A DNA stretch of 64,000 nucleotides, from the IMG/VR virus record IMGVR_UViG_3300046311_000263, positions 1 to 64,000 of that record; one strand, written 5' to 3'. Below, one piece after another: positions 57,278-64,000 of this stretch. How positions within the stretch are numbered: position 1 is the stretch's first letter; each line of letters starts with the position of its first letter. Source of the stretch: a virus. The notes under the pieces were generated by a model, which saw nothing but the letters and a program-made list of their open reading frames with translations, searched no databases and was not told the DNA's origin. The position numbers and the translations under genes are program-made.

Positions 57278-59248
57278 TTATACTAACCAACGGAAGGTAG
57301 AAACACCTAAGCCGTTTACAGTACTGATCTGAGTCATACCCATACGTAGACTTGCTACTAGAACCTTACGCTGTTCGGCAACGATATCATCAGTGTCGAA
57401 ACGTAGACCACGTTGAGTACCAAGCAAGAAGTTACTTGCGTTAATAGCGATCGCGCCAACGTTGGTAACGATACCAGGAGCAGTGTTTGCACCCGAAGTC
57501 TTAGCAGGTAGTTCAGCGCTAACTACAACAGGAGATCCACCTACCATACCAACCTGACCAGTTAGGATAGTAGCCTTATCGCCCACTTTATCCATTGTCT
57601 GGAATAGTGCGTCTTCCATTAGATCGTAATATGCTTCGGTGTTAACAACGTAAACAACTTCCGAAGGATCAAGACCCCATGCACCTAAGTCTTTACGTAG
57701 AGCACGTAGATGAGCAGTGGTGAACGCGTTAGCAACCTGAGCAGTAACGGCCGAAACTTCGTCGTACTTAGCTAAACCCTTGATAGGATCGGTAGTTCCG
57801 TTCGCTGTACCTAAGAAGATAGCACGATCAACTGAACGAGCTGTACGACGAACCATAGCGTCGCGCACGATAGGAAGAATAACGATTAGTGAATCTTCTT
57901 CTTCTTCAAAGTTCATGTACTCTTTAGTAGCTAGCTTGTAGGTATTTAGAGTCACTTCTTTCAGAGCGTGAGTAGCGGCAGCACCAGAGGAGTTATCGGT
58001 ACCGAACTGAGCGTTAGTAACCCATGTTCCTAGACCAGCTTCAGGGTTAACTGGGAAGCTCATCACGTTAGTCTGCATAGGTACCGAGCGAATTCCTAGA
58101 TCGCCAGACACTAGACGACGACGGATTTCAGCTTCCATAGTCATAGAAACTTCGTGTTCCCAGGTCTGCGAAGGTAGGTGAGCACTAGTAGCAGCACCGG
58201 CACCCAGAGCCTTAGTAATTACGCTCTTACCGAAATTAGTATTTTCGATAGACTTACCCATAATCTTAGCTAGGAAAACGGCCTTTTCCTTATCAGCATA
58301 GGATACTGCATCTTTCTGGCTGCCTTCGGCAAAGGTCATCTTGCTACGCTGTAGTGCTGCAACTTCAGCAGCCTTTTCAGCGATGGTAGCGTGTAGACCG
58401 TCTAGAACGTTCTTTGTCTTTTCGGCTTCGTCGGAGAAACGCTTCTCGATCTCGGCCAATAGCTTTTCGCTACCAGTTGTCGAAGGAGTAACTTTAGCTA
58501 CAGCTTCAGCGATACGCTTTTGCATAATAGCTTCTTCTTCAGCTGCTTTTTCACGAGCAGCAACTTCAGCCTTTTGGGCGTCTAATATGCTCTTAGTAGC
58601 AGTTTCGGCAGCATTTTTAGCTGCGGCATCAAGCATAGCTTGTAATTCTTTTGGATCCATTCCAATTTCCTTATGATTTTTGCTCTTTACCGAAGCGGGA
58701 TGTTCTAGCCCTTTAGCTGAGCTGTCCTCTTTCGTAAATTGCTGTTTAAATAACTTATATTCTTCGTCGGTTTCAAACGACTTAGATAAAACAAAAAGTG
58801 TATCTTGATTACACGGAACTGCTACTATCGAAATCTCTAATAGCTCTAACTCTTTAATTACAAATAGTTCAGTAACAGAATTATATTCTGCGTCCTTTAC
58901 TCTAAACCCTATACTAAGGGCTGTTAATACACCGTCTTTAACCAGGTTAAATACTTCTGAAGCGGCAGAAATTCTGGCCTTTATCCATAATCCCTTAGAG
59001 TCTATTTTATGCTCTACCATTCTACCGACTGGATCGTCGTGGTCATGATATGCAAGAATTATAGGATTTTTTAGATAATTCTGAAGACCTTTTTCCCAGA
59101 CAGAGCTAGGAACCACGTCCCCATCTCTATCTGGTTCATTTGAACTAGCATATCCAGTAATATAAATACTGTCAATAGGCTCGTCAGCTGTAGGTAGTTC
59201 TTTTGTAAACTGGCTATCTAGATGGATTATCTTATTCTTATAGTCCAT
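57278..59248 (-). CDS. HK97-type prohead protease fused in frame to the major capsid protein (internal capsid start at 58660)
   Basis: N-terminal ITGYAS..DRDGD, LAYHDH, SIGF, EISIVAVPCN; coiled-coil scaffold domain; T5 pb8-like capsid C-terminus. Confidence 0.9.
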   Translation of the reverse strand: MDYKNKIIHLDSQFTKELPTADEPIDSIYITGYASSNEPDRDGDVVPSSVWEKGLQNYLKNPIILAYHDHDDPVGRMVEHKIDSKGLWIKARISAASEVFNLVKDGVLTALSIGFRVKDAEYNSVTELFVIKELELLEISIVAVPCNQDTLFVLSKSFETDEEYKLFKQQFTKEDSSAKGLEHPASVKSKNHKEIGMDPKELQAMLDAAAKNAAETATKSILDAQKAEVAAREKAAEEEAIMQKRIAEAVAKVTPSTTGSEKLLAEIEKRFSDEAEKTKNVLDGLHATIAEKAAEVAALQRSKMTFAEGSQKDAVSYADKEKAVFLAKIMGKSIENTNFGKSVITKALGAGAATSAHLPSQTWEHEVSMTMEAEIRRRLVSGDLGIRSVPMQTNVMSFPVNPEAGLGTWVTNAQFGTDNSSGAAATHALKEVTLNTYKLATKEYMNFEEEEDSLIVILPIVRDAMVRRTARSVDRAIFLGTANGTTDPIKGLAKYDEVSAVTAQVANAFTTAHLRALRKDLGAWGLDPSEVVYVVNTEAYYDLMEDALFQTMDKVGDKATILTGQVGMVGGSPVVVSAELPAKTSGANTAPGIVTNVGAIAINASNFLLGTQRGLRFDTDDIVAEQRKVLVASLRMGMTQISTVNGLGVSTFRWLV

Positions 59249-59282
59249 AATTTTCCTTTGATAGCATTTTTATGTTGTTCCA

Positions 59283-59311
59283 ATTATAGCATTGTAGCAA
59301 CAGGTAGTCAA
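59283..59311 (-). promoter_or_regulatory. late promoter
   Basis: TTGACT-17bp-TATAAT. Confidence 0.8.
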
Positions 59312-59327
59312 GGTGTATTTTTTCTAC

Positions 59328-60515
59328 CTATTCTTTTGGTTTTGTGACGGGACGGCCGCCTTTAGAAGGATCCACAGCTGATCCAGCAATATTAGCAGGT
59401 ATTCTAAGCGTGTCACTCTCTGCATCCTTATCTTTTTCATATCTCAGTTCTGTACGTGCCTCGTTAACTGTTAATATACCACCGTTAACTAGGGTTGTAT
59501 GATATGCTGCGATATCTTTAAGTTCTGGCTGCAGTGCTGAGATATTTGTGGTTATGGCCTCTATGTCATAGCCGTACATTTGTTCTATACAAGAAACAAA
59601 TTTACGTACTATAGGCAGTACGGTCTCCAAGTAAAATAGGCGCAGGTTTGGAGAAATATTGGCTTGGTTTCCTCCATCCAGTAAAACTGGGGGTACGCCA
59701 AGTGTTTCTAGGACTTTAACATTATGAGTTTTAATGCTGGTGTCAAAATCCAGATCTTTAAAGTTGGAAGTAAATAGCTGAACGGGCTTAAGTCCACTAT
59801 CAATAATAATAGGTCTGCGTGCAGAATTCTTTACATTGTACTTGGCAACCCAGTTATTGATTGTACGTTCCTTAGCTTGAGCGCTAAGTGTATTATCAGT
59901 AGCTAGTGCAAATCCTGGAATAGCGCCGTTATCGAAGAAAGTTTGCTGAAAGTCAGTCATCTTTGTAAGGATGGTTAGTGACTTAGTAGCAGCGGACAAT
60001 CTACTAGTACCTCTGTAGATGCTAGTAGAACTGGCGTCTCGGAAGTAAAATACCTCATCTGCCCTAAATTCAGTCTGACCCGCGTAGCGGTAGCCAGCAA
60101 TAAACGTCTTAGGATCAGGTAGTATTTCTACGTCGCTAGCAGGCAAGTGGTATAGGAACGCTCCGTCATAGTAAATGAATGCATTACCTTCCAGCAGGAA
60201 ATCAGTAAATAGTGCAGTTCTAAATGCTTGTACTGATTGGTAAGGATTAGGACGATAGTTTAACAAGCTATTAAGAGTCTTTACTCGCATAGCTGGAATA
60301 GTACCTTCCGAGTGCTTATCCTTAATATCGTAGTCTAGAGAGGCACACGCAGAGACTATCATGTTTATTCCGCGGTTTACAACCTCAACTGTACTAAAAG
60401 CAGTTAGATAAGAGGTAGGTTGTGTAGTCCCTACCTGGGTGCCCTCATCAGAGTATATGTGAGGCTGAGCTGGATTCATCTTTTCTTTGATCCAGCCCAT
60501 AATAGTATTAGCCAT
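59328..60515 (-). CDS. portal protein (HK97 family)
   Basis: LLNYRPNPYQS, LLEGNAF, FFDNGAIPG, GVPPVLL, ILTVNEAR. Confidence 0.93.
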   Translation of the reverse strand: MANTIMGWIKEKMNPAQPHIYSDEGTQVGTTQPTSYLTAFSTVEVVNRGINMIVSACASLDYDIKDKHSEGTIPAMRVKTLNSLLNYRPNPYQSVQAFRTALFTDFLLEGNAFIYYDGAFLYHLPASDVEILPDPKTFIAGYRYAGQTEFRADEVFYFRDASSTSIYRGTSRLSAATKSLTILTKMTDFQQTFFDNGAIPGFALATDNTLSAQAKERTINNWVAKYNVKNSARRPIIIDSGLKPVQLFTSNFKDLDFDTSIKTHNVKVLETLGVPPVLLDGGNQANISPNLRLFYLETVLPIVRKFVSCIEQMYGYDIEAITTNISALQPELKDIAAYHTTLVNGGILTVNEARTELRYEKDKDAESDTLRIPANIAGSAVDPSKGGRPVTKPKE

Positions 60516-60523
60516 TTTGTTCC

Positions 60524-60955
60524 TTACGTGAAGTCGCTAAAGAACGAACCTAGTATCTTAGGCTTGTCTGATACTACTCCCGACTGTTTATCGATCTGTT
60601 TCTGTATCCAACGCGATTGTTTATCTGCAGTACCTAGAGGAGGCTTCTTGCCGTAAACACCATGAAGCATCACGTGGTGCTTATTGCATAGTGTAAATAC
60701 GTCTTCGTAAATCTCTTTATGGTGACTCTCAATAAACTCGTCTCGTACAGCCAGAATACCTTCGTCAGTAGATATATCGTAGCCATTAAGTCTAGCCCAG
60801 TTCTCTAACAGTATTGTTATTGAGTGAGTATGATGTAACTCTAAATCTTCAGTAGTTCCGCAAATATGGCAAGTATCTTTCTTATCATACGCAGCTTTCG
60901 CTCTATCACGTACCCACTTAACAGGAATTCTGTTATTTCCAGTATTCTTAGCCAT
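60524..60955 (-). CDS. HNH nicking endonuclease (T5-like, between TerL and portal)
   Basis: CHICG...LELHH...TLCNKHH; start moved downstream of its promoter. Confidence 0.85.
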   Translation of the reverse strand: MAKNTGNNRIPVKWVRDRAKAAYDKKDTCHICGTTEDLELHHTHSITILLENWARLNGYDISTDEGILAVRDEFIESHHKEIYEDVFTLCNKHHVMLHGVYGKKPPLGTADKQSRWIQKQIDKQSGVVSDKPKILGSFFSDFT

Positions 60956-60982
60956 TTTTGTAACCAAAGTTTCAGTAGTTAA

Positions 60983-61011
60983 ATTATAGCAGCATGCATA
61001 AACAATGTCAA
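60983..61011 (-). promoter_or_regulatory. consensus late promoter
   Basis: TTGACA-17bp-TATAAT. Confidence 0.85.
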
Positions 61012-61029
61012 GCTCTTTTTTGCGGACGT

Positions 61030-61060
61030 AAAAAAGCCCGCGTTTTACTGCGGGCTTTTT
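61030..61060 (-). terminator. terminator after terL
   Basis: AAAAAGCCCGC-loop-GCGGGCTTTTTT. Confidence 0.85.
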
Positions 61061-61062
61061 AA

Positions 61063-62379
61063 TCATAAAGTATACGTATATACTGCGTACCTTATAGCGT
61101 CGGGTATGTGACTGTGCGTATGCAAAGGCTTTTCCTTTGTCAGCGTAGCTTTAGTATCCCATTGATACTGATCAAGAGCAGCTAGAGTATGTACGCAATG
61201 AGGAGAAATCTTTAGTCGATTATTATCTATTAAAGACTGCACATATGCAATACCTGGCAATACGTCTTTCTTAGCTTTGATAGTGGAAATGTTATAAATG
61301 TGTGCTAAATCGGACGCAAATTGTGGCGCTGCTGAGTCTATAAATATGGAGTCTATTTTCCATTTGTCTACAAACTCAGCAATAGAAGCAGCGTGCTCTG
61401 GTGTATTACGCTCGGCTTCTAAATACTCGTCCACGATATGAAATACGTCGTCTAGTGGGCTATACACTATTACTACGAAAGCCGTAGGGTCGCGATACCC
61501 AGGGTCTAGGCCAGCTATTACTTCAGTGCCATCAACTGGTAAGTACTCGCAAACATTAGAGTCTACAACGCTATAAATCTGACCCTCGAATGAGTTAAAT
61601 GACGCCATGTACTCTTGTTCAAATTCGTTCTTTGACATAGAGTTACGAGCTTCAGCAGCGTCAGACTCAAGCATTCTATGGTTCTCACGATAGTCAGCTT
61701 TAATAGATACCCACTCAGGATACTTATCAGAATACCCACGCTGGAAGAATGTACTGAACCAGTTATTCTTACCGCGGGGAGTAGAGATAAATATAGCTTT
61801 AGAATTCTTACGATCTAGCGTGGGTCGTAGAGATACGTTGAAAGCTGCTTCGCCATCAGCACCTAGAGCAGCTTCGTCGAAGATAATCAAATTATACGAA
61901 CGTCCAACTGAAGAGTCTACTGTGGATAAAGATCCCATTCGTACTGAAGAGCCGTTAGATAGCTCAATTACCTTATCTTTTAAGTTATCTCTAGCAACCT
62001 CTAAATCAAAAGAAGCAATCAAATGACGCTGTATTTCGAACGAGATGGAAGATAGACTGAAGTTAGGAGACATAATCAGTACGTTACAGGAAGGTACTAG
62101 AGCTACTAACTGCCCAATAATATTAGAAATATAAGTTTTACCCAATCGGCGCGCTAGTGCAGCACAAACAAATCTAATCCTAGGATCGTTGATTGCATTA
62201 ATAAGCGCAATCTGGGGGTCATTGATCTGATCCCACGCAGTGGAAGGCTCGTCTGTTACAGGATCGCGCGCTGGTAATAACTTTAAATACGGTGTGATAG
62301 GTAATTTGATAAACCTATCCGCCATTGGAAACTCAGTAATTTCAGTACTAGAGATTCCTGGTCTGCTAATTTCCAGCAT
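61063..62379 (-). CDS. terL: terminase large subunit
   Basis: ARRLGKT, IIFDEAA, ISTPRG, GLDPG, DAIRY. Confidence 0.95.
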   Translation of the reverse strand: MLEISRPGISSTEITEFPMADRFIKLPITPYLKLLPARDPVTDEPSTAWDQINDPQIALINAINDPRIRFVCAALARRLGKTYISNIIGQLVALVPSCNVLIMSPNFSLSSISFEIQRHLIASFDLEVARDNLKDKVIELSNGSSVRMGSLSTVDSSVGRSYNLIIFDEAALGADGEAAFNVSLRPTLDRKNSKAIFISTPRGKNNWFSTFFQRGYSDKYPEWVSIKADYRENHRMLESDAAEARNSMSKNEFEQEYMASFNSFEGQIYSVVDSNVCEYLPVDGTEVIAGLDPGYRDPTAFVVIVYSPLDDVFHIVDEYLEAERNTPEHAASIAEFVDKWKIDSIFIDSAAPQFASDLAHIYNISTIKAKKDVLPGIAYVQSLIDNNRLKISPHCVHTLAALDQYQWDTKATLTKEKPLHTHSHIPDAIRYAVYTYTL

Positions 62380-62503
62380 ATAGATAGAGAGCCGTTAAAC
62401 CAACGTATATTATAGAGGCTTTTATAATATCGTACAAAGGGAATAAATGCGATAAGCCTAAAGCTATAACCATAGGTATCAGTAAAAGGTAATTCTTATT
62501 CAT
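62366..62503 (-). CDS. small membrane peptide (45 aa, MNKNYLLLIPMVIALG...)
   Basis: Hand-translated; overlaps both the terS stop and the terL start. Confidence 0.55.
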   Translation of the reverse strand: MNKNYLLLIPMVIALGLSHLFPLYDIIKASIIYVGLTALYLYAGN

Positions 62504-62975
62504 TGTTAATTATCCCTGAAGTAAGCTGACGAATAAGGTTATCATACTTGGATCCGCCATTGTTAACCTGCACATTTAGCTGGTTTTTAATATTAGCTGA
62601 ACGTGCTTTCTCTAGATCTATTTGTTTAGACATCTCATCCATGGTCATCTTGTGGCTTAGGGCCAGCAATTCAGCAATATCCTTAGCCGATCCAGTTTCT
62701 GATTCTTCCAGTTCCTGAAATTTCTTCTGAATAATAGCATCCATAGCTCTTCGCATTTTGAACCTATTATTAAACCCCATATTGAAGAATACGTGATCTA
62801 TGTAAGCTTTCACTTCTCTGCGATTTAGAGTTTCTGTGACAATTTCGGGAGGAAGGTCTAATTCTTCCGAGGTCGCTCGTATATCCTGGAGCTGAAGATA
62901 ACTATTAGCAATTTCCAGGTACTCTGGGCTAATTGCTAGAACTTCGGCGGGGGTGTGTGTTGGTAGATTAGCCAT
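62496..62975 (-). CDS. terS: terminase small subunit
   Basis: ISPEYLEIANSYLQ...EVKAYIDHVF...KDIAELL T5-like pattern; upstream of terL. Confidence 0.8.
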   Translation of the reverse strand: MANLPTHTPAEVLAISPEYLEIANSYLQLQDIRATSEELDLPPEIVTETLNRREVKAYIDHVFFNMGFNNRFKMRRAMDAIIQKKFQELEESETGSAKDIAELLALSHKMTMDEMSKQIDLEKARSANIKNQLNVQVNNGGSKYDNLIRQLTSGIINNE

Positions 62976-63001
62976 GGTGTAAAATAAGTGCGATTGGTAC
63001 A

Positions 63002-63030
63002 ATTATACCACCTAGGGTAATCACGTGCAA
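63002..63030 (-). promoter_or_regulatory. late promoter for terS
   Basis: TTGCAC-17bp-TATAAT with extended TG. Confidence 0.75.
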
Positions 63031-63185
63031 GTGTATTTTTCTAGGGTTTAAAGCTTACTTGAATAATCTAGGTTATTTTGTTAAAATAATGGCTTGGCAC
63101 CGTAATTGTTTTCTAAAATTTTCTAAATAGGCCTTGGTGGTGGGTGTATAGGCATGGGTGGACATGTTAGTCAAGTATCCCCCCC

Positions 63186-63287
63186 AGTATACCACAGTCT
63201 CATGGCCCACGGCAAGCTAAAAGATGTAACAACCTGTAACTTATAAGGTTATTGTTGTAGGTTAATTTTCGTGTTATACTACGTTCA
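63186..63287. repeat. divergent-promoter module, copy 1
   Basis: Blocks TATACCACA, GGCCC, GTAACAACCTGTAACTT and TATACTACGTTCA all recur exactly 544 bp downstream. Confidence 0.85.
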
Positions 63288-63309
63288 CGCAATCAAAAAG
63301 GACTCCCAA

Positions 63310-63693
63310 ATGAACCGCGATACCGTTCTGCTCTCGATCATCAAGCAACTTATGCTGTCCCTCGACTCCTATGAGATGAGGGCTCTTCTGGAAAAGGTTC
63401 TGGACAAGGAGCCGGAAGCTATTGCTCGCGGCCTGGGTGTTCATGTCCCTGTCCCTGTGACTGTAGAGGCGACCCCGGCATGGGCGTATGAGACGGTTGC
63501 CTTTCTGCGGAGCGCACACAAGGTGTCAGCTATCAAGGCTGTGCGTGCCGCTACCGGCATGGGCTTGAAGGAGGCAAAAGACACGATTGATTACTTCAGC
63601 GGGTACGGGGACGTTACTCACTACGGCCTATGTTACAAGGGGCAGGAGGCTGTTGCTGCCCTGCGTCGTGTTACCGGTACACTCTATATCTAA
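63310..63693 (+). CDS. protein with ribosomal bL12 (L7/L12) C-terminal domain
   Basis: KVSAIKAVRAATGMGLKEAKDTID matches the bL12 CTD signature; AAGGA RBS. Confidence 0.8.
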   Translation: MNRDTVLLSIIKQLMLSLDSYEMRALLEKVLDKEPEAIARGLGVHVPVPVTVEATPAWAYETVAFLRSAHKVSAIKAVRAATGMGLKEAKDTIDYFSGYGDVTHYGLCYKGQEAVAALRRVTGTLYI

Positions 63694-63700
63694 GTAGAGC

Positions 63701-63720
63701 AATAGGGGTTAGCCCCTATT
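63701..63720. terminator. hairpin after the bL12-like gene
   Basis: AATAGGGG-TTAG-CCCCTATT. Confidence 0.55.
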
Positions 63721-63729
63721 GGCGCCTAA

Positions 63730-63831
63730 ATTATACCACATAATTTAGGCCCGTGTCAACGTGCAGGACGTAACAACCTGTAACTTGTAAGGTTGTTGCA
63801 TTCCTAGAATTTTGCTGCTATACTACGTTCA
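63730..63831. repeat. divergent-promoter module, copy 2
   Basis: Minus-strand TTGACA-18-TATAAT, plus-strand TTGCAT-17-TATACT, central inverted repeat. Confidence 0.85.
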
Positions 63832-63848
63832 TTGTATAGGAGATAGAG

Positions 63849-63980
63849 ATGAGCAACCCGAACCAAGCCCGCTACCTGACCCTGATCTGCGAAGCTGAGC
63901 GTTGGGGGAATCAAAGGGCATGTACGAAGTTGCCGCTATCTACTACGCTGCTGCTAACAAGCTGGAGATTAACTGAATGA
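63849..63980 (+). CDS. small hypothetical protein (MSNPNQARYLTL...)
   Basis: AGGAG RBS after module 2; 3' frame ambiguous at a G5 tract. Confidence 0.5.
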   Translation: MSNPNQARYLTLICEAERWGNQRACTKLPLSTTLLLTSWRLTE

Positions 63981-64000
63981 AACTCTTTCGCATCGCCTAC

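Noticed and set aside
60956-61066. N-terminal extension of the HNH ORF in the ORF track (similar extensions at 8614, 17443, 53164, 63002, 63271)
   Set aside because: The extensions run through promoters or terminators; downstream ATGs fit better.

Overview
About 64 kb of a T5-like siphophage genome (Demerecviridae-like gene order), using the standard genetic code. The + strand arm (1-26.3 kb) holds a tRNA/ncRNA cluster with small accessory genes (10 tRNAs, three tRNA-shaped RNAs without an anticodon loop, other structured spacers, MazG-like, metallophosphoesterase, thyX). It continues into the T5-type replication block: split NAD+ ligase, D5, helicase, primase, family A polymerase, D10-D15, dUTPase and class II ribonucleotide reductase. 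The - strand arm (63.0 to 26.4 kb) is the late region: TerS, TerL, HNH nickase, portal, a fused protease-major capsid ORF with an internal start, head-tail and tail genes, a -1 frameshifted chaperone pair, a 2269-aa tape measure, enlarged tail-tip proteins, beta-rich accessory proteins, holin/endolysin, PhoH and a secreted esterase. The two arms meet at a bidirectional terminator near 26.35 kb. The last ~0.8 kb looks like the start of the pre-early/terminal-repeat region, with a repeated ~100-bp divergent-promoter module and a gene carrying a ribosomal bL12 C-terminal domain. The best novelty candidates are the anticodon-less tRNA-like RNA and ncRNA cluster (1.0-3.1 kb), the repeated promoter cassette, the protease-capsid fusion and the esterase/beta-helix late module. 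All calls come from reading motifs and synteny by eye; no database searches were run.
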